Shown: piece by piece, positions 27,136 to 38,800 of the stretch | Layout of the letters: each line of letters starts with the position of its first letter | How positions within the stretch are numbered: the first letter of the stretch is position 1 | IMG/VR virus record: IMGVR_UViG_3300023178_000063 | Location: 1-53,663 of that record | Source: a virus | Taxonomy: Duplodnaviria > Caudoviricetes | Direction: 5' to 3' (one strand) | Length of the DNA stretch: 53,663 bases | The notes under the pieces: model-generated | What the model saw: the letters and a program-made list of their open reading frames with translations, nothing else | Told to the model about the DNA's origin: nothing | Database searches by the model: none | Translations under genes and position numbers: made by a program

Positions 27136-27546
27136 TTACATCTCCGGCCTTACAAAACTACTTGGGTCAATAGTTGCATGTTCGCCATCTGCATACTCTG
27201 CACCAATATAAACATCTGAAGGTTTTTCGTCTGAGTATGCTAAGATACTTTCAGTTTCGATCATTCTTAATTCGTGTTCGACACCGTCCCATTCAAATTT
27301 CATACCTCGAGTCCAACGTCCATGTTCGATTAGAATCCAATCTCCTACTTCGTAAGGATCGTTATTTTGCGGACCTTTTGAAAATACTTTACCCCATCGA
27401 GGATAAATGCCTCGTGTAGTTCCGTCATCGTCTTTAATAATTAAGCCGCTTTTAGTTTTTTGTTCGCCAAAATGCATATCAGTTACAATTACACGATTTC
27501 CTATAGCTCGTGGTTTGCCGCTGATGTTATTAATGTTAATAGCCAT
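27136..27546 (-). CDS. groES: GroES-like co-chaperonin
   Basis: AIGNRVIV...EQKTKSGLII...GKVFSKGP...VGDWIL. Confidence 0.78.
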   Translation of the reverse strand: MAININNISGKPRAIGNRVIVTDMHFGEQKTKSGLIIKDDDGTTRGIYPRWGKVFSKGPQNNDPYEVGDWILIEHGRWTRGMKFEWDGVEHELRMIETESILAYSDEKPSDVYIGAEYADGEHATIDPSSFVRPEM

Positions 27547-27902
27547 TAGTCACCTTTTTTTACAAAGTTGCCGTCTTCATCTTCTACCCAGTTGTCTGTA
27601 TCTTCAGTTGTTGCTTCTGGTTCTACCCAGTCATCTGTAAGATCTTTCTCAACGGGCGCATTAGTGTCTGTTTTTTTAACTGCAAGTTCTTCAGGTAGTG
27701 CATTTTCTTGGTAATAATCAGCAAGAACTTCTTCACGCTTTTTAATAATTTTACCACCTGGGCCTAATTCGTCTCCACGTGCATTTACCTTTGCATTGCC
27801 TACTGCTTGTGTTAATTCGTTACGTTGACGCAACAAATCCATATCAACAGTTTTGCCTTGCATACTTTTATAGACTTTACGTCCTGTTTGTTTCATTGGC
27901 AT
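27546..27902 (-). CDS. Hypothetical protein
   Basis: AVGNAKVNARGDELGPGGKI; AGGAG SD; ATAAGTA box at 27927-27933. Confidence 0.75.
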   Translation of the reverse strand: MPMKQTGRKVYKSMQGKTVDMDLLRQRNELTQAVGNAKVNARGDELGPGGKIIKKREEVLADYYQENALPEELAVKKTDTNAPVEKDLTDDWVEPEATTEDTDNWVEDEDGNFVKKGD

Positions 27903-27929
27903 AATTTTTCTCCTAAATTATATATGTAC

Positions 27930-28460
27930 TTATCTCAAGAACTCATGCCAGTCCAGGTCAAACTGGATTGAGTTTATTTTGTGTACACCTATCAAATACA
28001 GCACATAACTTGCTACACTTGATCCACGTCCTACACCCCATACAATGTTATTCTCACGCATAAAGTCTACAAGATAGATCATATAACGTAATAAGTTGTG
28101 CATATCACGTTCTTTAAAAGCATCTAATTCTTCCCATATACGGTCTTGTATGTGTTGCGGACAAGGTGTTTCTGCTTTGCCCAGCACATATTCATATACA
28201 TTAATGTCTTTGTATTCATCAGGCATAAACCATTCACCTTGACATACACCGTCAAAAGACTTTTGATCTACATCTAATGGAATATACTTTTGTAGTTTGT
28301 CAAAGCCTTGTTCTTCCATAGCGGCATTAAATTTATTAATGTCATCAGATTCGTCACAAAGTACAACGTGTACCTTGTCTGCATGACCACTATAGATCAT
28401 ATCTATAAGATCGCGGTTAGAGAATCGTGGAATACCTAAATCATCTGTTTTCATTAGCAT
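27930..28460 (-). CDS. Stand-alone fragment resembling DNA polymerase III alpha (DnaE)
   Basis: WGVGRGSSVASYVLYLIGVHKINSIQFDLDWHEFL matches DnaE GPGRGS..GSLVAY.LGIT.IDP..YDLLFERFL pattern. Confidence 0.75.
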   Translation of the reverse strand: MLMKTDDLGIPRFSNRDLIDMIYSGHADKVHVVLCDESDDINKFNAAMEEQGFDKLQKYIPLDVDQKSFDGVCQGEWFMPDEYKDINVYEYVLGKAETPCPQHIQDRIWEELDAFKERDMHNLLRYMIYLVDFMRENNIVWGVGRGSSVASYVLYLIGVHKINSIQFDLDWHEFLR

Positions 28461-28469
28461 ACATGTATT

Positions 28470-28709
28470 TTAACTGATATTAATCAGATTGTCAAGTCCA
28501 GATTCGCCATTTTGTTCATCTTTTATTCTCTGCATTTCTTTTGCAGATCGCGTTCTGGCTTCTTGTTTATACATTTCAAGAATTGTTGAAATTTGCTGTT
28601 GGACTTGTGGATTGCGTGATTGAAAATATTTTTTGGAGAGATCCCTAATAGACTCGTCTATTTGTGCATTAGTTAAATCATCAAACGAATCTACTAAGGG
28701 ATTAAACAT
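28470..28709 (-). CDS. Hypothetical protein
   Basis: 79-aa ORF, TAATG coupling. Confidence 0.7.
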   Translation of the reverse strand: MFNPLVDSFDDLTNAQIDESIRDLSKKYFQSRNPQVQQQISTILEMYKQEARTRSAKEMQRIKDEQNGESGLDNLINIS

Positions 28710-29278
28710 TAACTAAACTGTCCTAAGTAGTGTGCATAAACTGATTGCCCGCCGTCATCTGTCCAAAAGTCGATAATTACAGGATCAGTATTTGAACTTA
28801 ACTGTAAAGGATCTGGAAATCCTTCGCCGTACTTAATTACACCTGGCGCTTCTGTTGCCCATGTTACTGTTCTTGGACTACTTTCAGATGCAACATCAGA
28901 ACGTAACACTATTCTAATTTTGCCATATTTTCCAGCATCTGGCCAAAGTGCCAAACGTAAAGTTAAATCGTCCTCAACAGTGATTGTTTGATAATGACCG
29001 TTAGTAAAGTTAATATCATTCTGTGAATCAACGGTGCCAATGTTATTAACTTCATCTGTTGTGTTTTCAAAACTTACATCTCGAATAACTGTTCCGTTAA
29101 AATCATTATCGCTATCTAATTTAGCAGTTGTATCTTGCAGTGCTTCAATTTCTTGTTTAGATGCTATAAAGTTATCTTTTATAGTACTAAAGTTATCGCG
29201 GAAGCCCTGCGAATCGTTATCTTGACCAGCTACAGGATATTCTGCATCTATGTCGGTTGTGTTTATATTACTTGCCAT
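28709..29278 (-). CDS. Probable virion structural protein
   Basis: YPVAGQDNDSQGFRDNF, short coiled coil, beta-rich C-terminus; GGAG SD; ATAAATA at 29296-29302. Confidence 0.7.
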   Translation of the reverse strand: MASNINTTDIDAEYPVAGQDNDSQGFRDNFSTIKDNFIASKQEIEALQDTTAKLDSDNDFNGTVIRDVSFENTTDEVNNIGTVDSQNDINFTNGHYQTITVEDDLTLRLALWPDAGKYGKIRIVLRSDVASESSPRTVTWATEAPGVIKYGEGFPDPLQLSSNTDPVIIDFWTDDGGQSVYAHYLGQFS

Positions 29279-29301
29279 TGTTTATCTCTCCAAAATATTT
29301 A

Positions 29302-31803
29302 TTATATATTAAAATCGTAATTAGCAAATACGAAGTATTTAGGCACTGAAATACCTTCTGTACTGTCAATTAAGAATCGATCTATGTCTAATTCAAATTG
29401 TCTATAGTCAAACTCAGAAAAGTTAATTGCCGCTTTAATTGTCTCAGCTCCACCTGGTTTACAAAAACATAATGGCAATGCTAAAACGTACCCTAATTCT
29501 TGAATACTATCTTCTTGTGCTGTTCGCATCCATAGCGGTAAGAAATTTCGTTCTGTACGTCCTAACTTTCTTAATTCATTACGTATGTTACTTATGTTGC
29601 TAACAAATTTTGTAATTTTATTTGGATCACTAACTAACACAGCATTGCTGTCAGCTCTTACAGTGTTTTCTGGAATAGGTCTTTGAAATAAGTTAGTTTC
29701 AGAACCTCTACTGTAAAGAGCTAACACATTGCCTTCTCTGGTTCCTATAGATGCTTGTGAACCGATACGCCAACTTACATCGTTGTTTCTGGTTCCTATT
29801 ATTAATTCATCATCTGCTTCTATTTTTTGTGTAGGTTTTCCTCGCAATCCAATAGGTATAAATGATTGTGAAGTTGTATCATAGTTTGGATCGTTAGGTG
29901 TAGTCCTAATAGTATTTGCTAATATTTTATAATTATTTTTAATTGTAATTCTGTTAGCAACCTTACCATCCTTTTCATAAGGATCTTTAAGCTCTAAATA
30001 AACAACCTCGTACACAACATTATTAGTACCAGGATCTTTTGCTACTGCTGTTTTTAAATCTGCAATTTTAAGATTTTTTCTATTTGTATTAAGAGCGGTT
30101 GCCGCAACATATTGTTCTGCTAATTTTGTTTCGATACCTGGATAAACTAATAATTTTATATCCTTTGTTAATCCAAACTCTGGATCATTTGGTCTATATA
30201 ATAACTCTGGAGGGAATATTGCAGGATCTGTAATAAATTCATTATATGTAATTCTTTGTTCTGTTTTAAGTAATGGCTTAAAATATACATTAGAATATAA
30301 CTTATCATCAGGATCGGATACATTTATTGTAAACGTTCTTCTATCAGCACTATATCCAAAATGATCTCTAACTTCGGCTGTAAATGTATATCCTCTATCA
30401 ATAGATGTAGTATTACCGTCAAGTACAAAATTTGCACTATCAAATACAGTAAGTCCCAGATTATCAGTATCTCCAAAACTGGTTATCTTACCAATTATTT
30501 CGCCGTCATACGCTAATTCTAATCCTGGAGGCAATCTACCATCAACTAATCTATATAACAGTGTTGCATCAGGAACGCTTGTTTCTGCTTTTACACTTAA
30601 TGTTGAAATATAGTTTGCACTAATATCACCTAAGTCATTAGATGTTAACCATGTAATATTACTATCTACTTCACCAAGCAACCTTACTCTAAATGTTTTT
30701 TGTGTTTCGGCTCTTTCTGTACTTCCGCCTGTAACACGAACAGCATTTACAGTAAATTTATATTCTTTTGTTACTTGTGGCTGATATGGAACTTTACCAG
30801 ATACTTCTCCCGATTGTTCATCAAGTGATGTTCCTGGAGGTAATTGGCTTTCACTACCATCGTCATTAGTATCTAATAATTCATAATATGTAAATCCTGT
30901 AAGTGAGTTAGGATCTATAACATCTAAGAAAAGTGTCATATAATTATTAGCTCTTCTAAAACCAAGGTCACTTGGTGTTAGCCAAATAGGAGTTCTAATA
31001 TGTGTATTGTCAGCTGTAAATATACCTGTACCAACTTGCATAATAGTATTATCTGTACGCAAGAAGTCATCACCTACTACATATATTCTAAATGTCCTAT
31101 CTGAAATACTGTCGCCGTCTGTAACACTTACAGTAAATTGATAAAAACGATTTAATTTTTTTGGAACTTGGGTAGGTGTAGCAAAATCATATATTGCTAT
31201 GTCATAAAAGAAACTGTCAAAACCTTGTGCGCTTTTTATACTAAAATCAAAAGGATAACGGTCAAAATTATTTTCGTCGTATAGTCCGCTCTTTGCTTGT
31301 TTTTCAAGAGCTAACACAGGATCTACAACACCAACAAGTCTTCCGTCTTTTGTAAGTTGTATACCTGGCGGCAGTTCGCCCGAGTCATGGCCAAGATAGT
31401 ATGTAAGTGTTTGTCCAGAACTTGTATCTCTATCTATTACTTGTAATTGAAATTCAAGTGGAGTACTATCTAAAATATAATATGTGTCATTTCGGCCAAC
31501 TGGTAATAAATCTTCGGGTGTGATCCAAACTGGTTCATCTGCACCTGCTACATCTATAGAAAACGTTCTGTCTTGTATTACATCGTTAAGTGTAGCTCTT
31601 AATACAAATCTATAATTTGTTAGTCGAGGAACTTCAAGTGGTGTTCCTTCTAAAATTACACCATTAAGACGCATACCTTTAGGAAGTTCTCCGCCTAAAA
31701 GTTTTATTGTAGCATTACTATCTACAGGTAATGTAACAGTAGTTGTAATACGCTCTTGAAGTTGAGCTATCTTAGTACCAGATTTTTTAGTCCAAATTGC
31801 CAT
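29302..31803 (-). CDS. Baseplate/tail structural protein with repeated Ig-like domains
   Basis: Four G.LP.G..L...G.I.G...Y.FTV units; ATAAATA at 31823-31829. Confidence 0.72.
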   Translation of the reverse strand: MAIWTKKSGTKIAQLQERITTTVTLPVDSNATIKLLGGELPKGMRLNGVILEGTPLEVPRLTNYRFVLRATLNDVIQDRTFSIDVAGADEPVWITPEDLLPVGRNDTYYILDSTPLEFQLQVIDRDTSSGQTLTYYLGHDSGELPPGIQLTKDGRLVGVVDPVLALEKQAKSGLYDENNFDRYPFDFSIKSAQGFDSFFYDIAIYDFATPTQVPKKLNRFYQFTVSVTDGDSISDRTFRIYVVGDDFLRTDNTIMQVGTGIFTADNTHIRTPIWLTPSDLGFRRANNYMTLFLDVIDPNSLTGFTYYELLDTNDDGSESQLPPGTSLDEQSGEVSGKVPYQPQVTKEYKFTVNAVRVTGGSTERAETQKTFRVRLLGEVDSNITWLTSNDLGDISANYISTLSVKAETSVPDATLLYRLVDGRLPPGLELAYDGEIIGKITSFGDTDNLGLTVFDSANFVLDGNTTSIDRGYTFTAEVRDHFGYSADRRTFTINVSDPDDKLYSNVYFKPLLKTEQRITYNEFITDPAIFPPELLYRPNDPEFGLTKDIKLLVYPGIETKLAEQYVAATALNTNRKNLKIADLKTAVAKDPGTNNVVYEVVYLELKDPYEKDGKVANRITIKNNYKILANTIRTTPNDPNYDTTSQSFIPIGLRGKPTQKIEADDELIIGTRNNDVSWRIGSQASIGTREGNVLALYSRGSETNLFQRPIPENTVRADSNAVLVSDPNKITKFVSNISNIRNELRKLGRTERNFLPLWMRTAQEDSIQELGYVLALPLCFCKPGGAETIKAAINFSEFDYRQFELDIDRFLIDSTEGISVPKYFVFANYDFNI

Positions 31804-31834
31804 CTACACGCTCTCCGTATAGTATTTATCGGCT

Positions 31835-32551
31835 TTAAGTACTAATAGTGCCAAGGTCAATTTCGATATCTGAAACATCTTGGCCAATAAACGCTCCCAT
31901 GTCTACTGTATAATCTCTAATAATCAAATCAAGAATAGATGTAAAACGTCTTTCAATTAGTTTTCCAAAGTCCCAGTTATTATCAAAGTACGCATCAAGA
32001 TAGCGGATATCAATTCCATGCACTAAACCTGTAAGGTTTCCTAAGAATGAAGCCGCATTAATTGTACCAACATTGCTAATATTATTATAGTCAACATTTA
32101 ATGTTCCGCCTAATTTAGGATTAGTATCTTGTTCAACTAAATTTGTAGGATCAAGATCAACAAATAAATGTGTATTAGAAACTCTGGTATTAATACTATT
32201 ACCTCCCATTATACCGAGGTAATTGTTATTGTTTACAGTAATACTTCCATTATCGGAAAGAACTAAAATTCCGCTAATTCCGCCTGTGGAGTTAATTGTA
32301 ATTGTATCGTTATTTGCCGTTAATGAAACGTTTTGGCCTGCTTGTAGTTTTTTAAATTGTAGCACATTATTAACAGTTTGTGCATAAATGCCTTCTCCTG
32401 ATGTACCAATGTTTTCTACAGACAACGGAATATTTGTAATACGACTGTCAAGGTCATTTAAGTTGTCGTTTACCTTAATAAACGCTTCACGGAGATCATC
32501 ACCGGTCCCGTCGTTTGCAATATTTCCTACATTAATTTCATTAATAGCCAT
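31835..32551 (-). CDS. Baseplate/fibre protein with T4 gp9/gp10-like N-terminus
   Basis: INVGNIANDGTGDDLREAFIKVNDN; ATAAATA at 32575-32581. Confidence 0.75.
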   Translation of the reverse strand: MAINEINVGNIANDGTGDDLREAFIKVNDNLNDLDSRITNIPLSVENIGTSGEGIYAQTVNNVLQFKKLQAGQNVSLTANNDTITINSTGGISGILVLSDNGSITVNNNNYLGIMGGNSINTRVSNTHLFVDLDPTNLVEQDTNPKLGGTLNVDYNNISNVGTINAASFLGNLTGLVHGIDIRYLDAYFDNNWDFGKLIERRFTSILDLIIRDYTVDMGAFIGQDVSDIEIDLGTIST

Positions 32552-32581
32552 TTAAAAGTATCTCCGTTATACTGTATTTAT

Positions 32582-34639
32582 TTAATTTTTGTATCTAATC
32601 CCCAAGCCGCCTCGAACTGTTAATGAGCCTCTTAGAAATGGCGTTGTTGGAGCAACATAACCAACCGTATCATTTGGGTACGGAGTTGTTAACGGAACAG
32701 TACCAAGAAATGCTACGCGAGCATCACCGCCTTGTAATCTATTACGATCTGACCATTCTGTACCTTCTGCTGTAGTACCTCTTGTGCCGTCATAAAAGTC
32801 TGCACTATCCTGTATATCTACGTTTGATTCTATCCAATTTCTTAAATCATTATATGTCCAACCTCTGTTGTACTGCATTACAGTTGCTAAAAATCCACAA
32901 GCAACTGGACATGCCGCTGATGTTCCACTAAATCGTGTATCGCGACTGTCATAAGTTGTAGATAAATCTGCATAAGTGTCATCATAACGTGCAATATCAG
33001 TACCATATAAACCTACAGTTGCCGCAAGTGTTCCGTCTGCTGGGGCATATAAATCAATAGCATTGCCCATATCACTATAGGTTACTTTTCTTTCTCTTCC
33101 GTCAATTGAAAATTGATCATCTAATGCTCCTATATTAATAGCAGGAAATTCTACAGTTGTATTTCCTTGCAATGTTTGGCTTTCAGTTTTTCCAATGTGT
33201 TGCGGAAAGCCTCGTCTATTTGTTGTACCTGTAACAGTATATCCAAAACTAACAAACGTTTGAGCGCCTGAAGTATTGTAAACACCGTCATTTGAATCAT
33301 CACTAATATGATTGTCATAGTTAGGATCATCAGGATTAACTTGCATTTGTCCTGAATTGCCAGCGGCAACAACAAATATAAAACCACTGTCTGTTAGCTC
33401 TTTGCCAGCTTCAGTCATAGAATTGTCATACATTTCTGATTTCCAACGACCGGCGTCACCATCATAGCCCATCCATCTCATAAACTCTGGCTCGTCTGAT
33501 GATCCAGGGTATGCTGTTCCTGTAGCACTTTGAAAGTAATAAAAACTTGAGCTCTTTCCTGCTCTAAATCCCCAGCTGTTTGATCCTAATGTTGGATCTT
33601 TTGTACCGTACAGAGGATTTACGGGTTTATAAAGATGGAATATTTTACAAATATCAAACCCTATTTCAAAACTTCCAATATTTCCGTTACTATATAAATT
33701 CATGTGCCATTTGTTAGCATTGTAAGCCCAGCCGTGTGTGCGGCCATAAATTAGACTTGCACATTGAGTTCCGTGGGTTGCAGATGCAACTGTAGGATAT
33801 GTCGAGTTAGATCCGTGCGACCCGTCTCTTGTATATCCTGTGTTTGTAAGTATGTTACCAAATTCTGCAAACTGTGCTGAACGCTGTGTACTATCTCTCC
33901 ACCAGTTGTGTGCGGCAGTTTCTGTAGGTACTATTGTGCCGTCCCATCGAGTTTCTAATCTATTTCCTGGATCTGCATCAAACCAGTCTGGGTCAATATA
34001 ATACGGTCCATCTAATAACACGTCAAGTACGTCACAATAACCATCTCCTGGTAATACATTTCCGCCAATATAATCTTGCGGATTAACAGCATTTACTACA
34101 CCTGTATTGATAAATTCTGTATGTCCGATCCAAGTACCATTATCCATACAAATTATGTCAACGTTTTCGCCCGCGCCTTGTTGTGTTGGATTTCTCTCAA
34201 TGTATTGATTAGTAGCCGTTGATGTTGCTACCCAAGGATTTCTTTTTTGTTTACATCGTATAAGTTGTGCAGATGCTCTATTCAAATCATCAATACCAGA
34301 AGTAATTGCTGAATTTCCCCAGTCGTGATAGTTTCTTACAGTATCAGTATAGCGACCATAATCAGCACCATTTACTTCCATTTTTAAATCATCTTCAGTT
34401 GCATTAAATATCTCTGGATATCTTGCTGGAGTTAAATTTATAAATTTTACACGATGATCTTGTTTTAAAGTATCTGCTTCGTCGTCAGTTAATAAAAATT
34501 CTCCTCTTGTAGGACTGTGATCTGTATGATTTTCACAAACAATAATTCTGCTTAATAAAGAACCATTAACTAATTGGTCGTGTAGTTCGTCAAATTGTTC
34601 AGCAGTATTTGTACTTAGGGTATAATATTTTTCGCTCAT
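32582..34639 (-). CDS. Subtilisin-like S8 serine protease within tail module
   Basis: ICMDNG (Asp), HGTQCAS (His), AAGN (oxyanion), FSGTSAACP (Ser). Confidence 0.85.
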   Translation of the reverse strand: MSEKYYTLSTNTAEQFDELHDQLVNGSLLSRIIVCENHTDHSPTRGEFLLTDDEADTLKQDHRVKFINLTPARYPEIFNATEDDLKMEVNGADYGRYTDTVRNYHDWGNSAITSGIDDLNRASAQLIRCKQKRNPWVATSTATNQYIERNPTQQGAGENVDIICMDNGTWIGHTEFINTGVVNAVNPQDYIGGNVLPGDGYCDVLDVLLDGPYYIDPDWFDADPGNRLETRWDGTIVPTETAAHNWWRDSTQRSAQFAEFGNILTNTGYTRDGSHGSNSTYPTVASATHGTQCASLIYGRTHGWAYNANKWHMNLYSNGNIGSFEIGFDICKIFHLYKPVNPLYGTKDPTLGSNSWGFRAGKSSSFYYFQSATGTAYPGSSDEPEFMRWMGYDGDAGRWKSEMYDNSMTEAGKELTDSGFIFVVAAGNSGQMQVNPDDPNYDNHISDDSNDGVYNTSGAQTFVSFGYTVTGTTNRRGFPQHIGKTESQTLQGNTTVEFPAINIGALDDQFSIDGRERKVTYSDMGNAIDLYAPADGTLAATVGLYGTDIARYDDTYADLSTTYDSRDTRFSGTSAACPVACGFLATVMQYNRGWTYNDLRNWIESNVDIQDSADFYDGTRGTTAEGTEWSDRNRLQGGDARVAFLGTVPLTTPYPNDTVGYVAPTTPFLRGSLTVRGGLGIRYKN

Positions 34640-34647
34640 TTTTCACC

Positions 34648-35838
34648 TTAATGCAAGTCGACCCAAGAACCATTAGCCCAGCCTTGGAATTTATTTGTAT
34701 CGGTATTGTAAACCATGTCCCCGTTTAATACGTCTGTAAGTGTATCACGTATAGCTGTAGTAACATTTACAAGTCTAAATGGACTTGAAGTTACTGACAC
34801 CCTGCCACCACAACTAAGTAAAATGTCACTTTCTGAAGTTATCTCTGGCGAACCTGTTCCAGTTGTAACTAATTCTCCAGTCACGGCCATATCGCCATCA
34901 ACAATCACAGTTCCTGGTACAGAAACATTTATATCACCTGGTGATGTTAATTGAGGTGTTTTTGAAAATGTAATATCTCCGGTTGTTAATACGTTTTCAA
35001 CAGTTAGATCACTATTCATAATTACAGCCGGAGTAATACTAATAGCAGAACTGTCGTCAGTGTCAATTACACTATTTGCAAAACTAAAGTTTCCAACAGT
35101 GTCTCCTACAATACCAGACAAGTCAACAGTATTTCCATTAGTAATAGACAAGTCTGTTCCTACTAAGTTGAGCGACTGTGAATCAGTATTGTCTAATAAT
35201 GATGTTAAATCAACACTATTACCTCCTGTAATAGAAAGCGTAGTTCCTACAAATGATAGTGTTTGATTATCACTTTCTGCTGTAATAAATCCTACATCGT
35301 TTATTAATTCAGATAATACTGTTGGTGCACCTTGCACATCACTGTAAGTAATGCCCGAAGGTCTCCATGCTCCTGAATAAAATTTAAAAAATTTATTTGT
35401 AGTATCGCCACTAACAATTACATTGTTTAATTCTTGTATATTTTTTGTACTTATATCTGTTTCGCCTTGTGGCCCTGGTTCAAACCTATTTGTAATAGAA
35501 TTAAAAATTAAAACATCGCCTTCGTTTGGAGCAGTATCTTCTACATCATCTAACTGTCTTGTAGTTTGCGGAAGTGTTGGCTTATTAATTAGATCATTAT
35601 AATCACCACTAAACGAAACTGGAGTATTATTAAGATCATCAAAGTTACCAGTAAATGCAACATTAGCCAAAGACTGTCCGTTTACTGTTAAAGAGCCACT
35701 TGATATATTTCCTATGCTAATAATACTATTAACATTAATTAAACCATTGCCTGATAAATCTAAATTATCTCCTGGCGGTAGTTCTTTTATTTTATTGTTG
35801 TCACTTGTGTCAACTATGAGTGGAAATCTGTTTGCCAT
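34648..35838 (-). CDS. Tail fibre-like structural protein
   Basis: FSGDYNDLINKP, repeated QTLSFVGTTLSITGGNSVDL, GDMVYNTDTNKFQGWANGSWVDLH. Confidence 0.72.
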   Translation of the reverse strand: MANRFPLIVDTSDNNKIKELPPGDNLDLSGNGLINVNSIISIGNISSGSLTVNGQSLANVAFTGNFDDLNNTPVSFSGDYNDLINKPTLPQTTRQLDDVEDTAPNEGDVLIFNSITNRFEPGPQGETDISTKNIQELNNVIVSGDTTNKFFKFYSGAWRPSGITYSDVQGAPTVLSELINDVGFITAESDNQTLSFVGTTLSITGGNSVDLTSLLDNTDSQSLNLVGTDLSITNGNTVDLSGIVGDTVGNFSFANSVIDTDDSSAISITPAVIMNSDLTVENVLTTGDITFSKTPQLTSPGDINVSVPGTVIVDGDMAVTGELVTTGTGSPEITSESDILLSCGGRVSVTSSPFRLVNVTTAIRDTLTDVLNGDMVYNTDTNKFQGWANGSWVDLH

Positions 35839-38800
35839 TATGTTCTTCCTACAACTATTTCAATTGTTCCTTTGTCACCGTCATCTTTTGATTCAAGTGC
35901 TTTACCAATTATTCTACCAACCCCCGGATTGTTATCTACCATAGCATATCCTGGAATAGCACTTGTTACAAGCATATCACCTTTTTCAACTTTGCCAATT
36001 ACTTTACAAGGTACACGACCTGTTAGTGCTACTGCTACTGTATTTACTTCATCTAACTCTGAGTTCATTAAATATGCTGGATTTGTTGATATAACACCTG
36101 CAACTCTATGATCTCCTTTTTGCGAAGTAAGTGTTACTTCTGCTTCGCCACCAAATACAACAACTGTTCCTGGATCATATGGCATATCAGCTATATATTT
36201 TTCTGCTAAGTCAGCATATTTTGCTTCTGTTGCAACACCATTAAATGTGTTAGCATACATAACGTCCCAGCGAGAACCAGTTGAACCAATATTACGTGTA
36301 CCAGTTGCGTCTGGAATAATATTACTTGCAATATCTGCATTAAAATCAACAGTGTCAGATGCGGCATTACCAAGTGTAACATTACCGTTAACTTGTAATG
36401 TGCCGTTAATTGTAGTGTTACCGTTATCTGTATCAACTAAGAATCTATTTACAGTATCGCTGCCGTTTCTAATTCTAAACACACTGTTTGAACGATTAAT
36501 ATCTAAGTTACCTTCAACAGTTAAACTTGCAGTATCGATTTCGACGTTTTCAGTCATCTTAATAGCTGTATTACTTACTGATAATCTTGGCTCACCACTT
36601 GCAATTAATTGAATTGTATTGGCAGCATGTCCCTCATATTGTGATCCGTTACCTAATCCAATACCTGTTGTGCTATTTGCTGTTTCACCTGACTCCGAAG
36701 CCGCCTCAATAAAGTTTGTATACATCCAACTTGATGCAACATAACTTCCAATATTAAATGATGAATCTGTTTTGGCTTCTGATTCAACAAATGCATCATT
36801 TGTTGCATTATTTGTAATTCCACCTAATACAATATGTCCAGGGAATTTTGTTTGTAAGTTGGCACTTGAGTTACCTGTTGCTGTAAATATTGTTGCGCCA
36901 CCTGGTGAGCTAACAGTTACAGTACTTGTAGAACTATTAGCTTCGATAGTATCAAAGCCTGCAACTTTTAATCCTGCACAATTTAGATATCCATCCGGAT
37001 CACGTCTTGCAATAGTGTTTGCACCAGTTGCTATACTAATTTCAGTTGTTGCATAAATTCCGTCTTTGGTTTTTATTAATGCAGATCCAACTGTAGTATC
37101 AGTAGGTGCTGATGTTGGAGTTCCTAAATTAGCATTGTCAGCAGTTGTGTTTATTACATCTGCTGATGTACCGAATATACCACTTACGTTTTTAACATAG
37201 ATAGATGTTTCAAGGTATGTGTCTCCTTGTACTATACCACTTGCGCCGCCTTGTTGTAAAGCATCACCATTGTTTGCGCTTACAGGTGTTGCAAAAATTA
37301 GTTCAGTAGTAGAAGCTTCAGTCCATTCTCTATCGTTAAAGTCTCTATCTTCAAGACCTTGGCCGTACTTGACCACATCGCTGTAATCAACTGCTTCTGG
37401 ATCTCCAGTACCAGTAGTTTGTCTACCAAATACTTGATACTGATCAACATCATTCATTTCGGCAAATGCAATACCGTTTTCTTTAATACGAATGAAACCT
37501 GCTAAAGCATCAAAGTTTTCGTCACTGAAAGTAGCAACACCTAAATCTGACTGTAGTTTGTTTGGCTTAGCCCAACCTGTTGATGGATCGTCTTCGTCAA
37601 ATGTAGTTGACTTATCCATTAATAGTTTACTTTGACGTATGTTTGCACCGCTGTTAACATCGCCGTCTCTTATACTATCTGACTCGTATTGTAAATTAAT
37701 TAATGTACTTCCTGCTCCCCTTGATACAATTATGTCAATATCACTTGCAGGGTCTTTAGATGCATTTGCAACTTCGTCAATTACACCATCAACTATTGTA
37801 GCAAAAATACTTTCACCTGGTTGATCAAAAAGTGTTTCTCCAATTTGGAATACACCACTAATAGGAGTATACGTAACAATAACACTACTTCCTAAAATAG
37901 AATCTGTAAAGACTTCTAAATCAACAATTTCTCCTGTTTTTGTTCCGCCGCTAATACCAATTGTATCACCAATATTCCAAGATCCGCCTTGTACTGGTTC
38001 TACAATTACTCTTTTTTTACCAGTTGCAACTAATACATCATTTTCTGAAATATTATTAAATTCTATATTTCTTAAGTTTTCAAGTTGGTCAAATGCTTGT
38101 GCCTTACTGTCTACGTAATTTTTATTTGTTGCCGCTTGTCCATCTGAACCAGGTAATGCCAAATTAGTGATTTGATTTTGTCCCATATCAATATCACCTT
38201 CCATTGCACTGCCGCCGTTAAGTGGAAGGAATCCAGTACCAATTCTATTACCAGTTGGAGCTGGGTCAATTTGACTTCCGGCACCTACATTATATCCTAA
38301 AACACGATTAATATAACCAACTACTGATTTTTCTGTTGGTACTGCTTGACCGGAGTTATCACTCATTGAGTCATCTGCTGAGAACTCGTTAATTGTTACA
38401 CCACGTTTGAATCCTAACGAGTTAGCGTTTGTAATACCAATCTCGCCAGCAAACTCAATATCACCTGTTGCCTGGTCAACGCTAAAGAACTTACCTACAC
38501 GGAAGAAACCGTATTGGTCAGTTGACATCCAGAACACACGCCCTTTGCGTCTTTCCCATACTTGAGCACTTGTAGCAGTTGGTGCATCTGAGTAGCTGTC
38601 AGCAAGATCATTTTCAGCATCACCTAATAAAACGTTTGGATAGTTTGAATCGTTAAATCCACCTGTACCAATCTGTGTAAAGTCATGGCCAGTTGCACGA
38701 CATAATGAAATAGCAACAGTAATTTCAGCAGTAGCACCTTGATCTAATCCTGCAAAAAACACTCTATCGGACGGGTTAACTGCAACTGCAAGTCCAGTCC

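Noticed and set aside
14545-27546. Bacterial chromosome origin suggested by clpA, dnaJ, thyA, folA, fdxA and groES
   Set aside because: Interleaved with T4-like clamp loader, PolB, baseplate/fibre, endolysin-spanin genes and late promoter boxes; the organisation is viral
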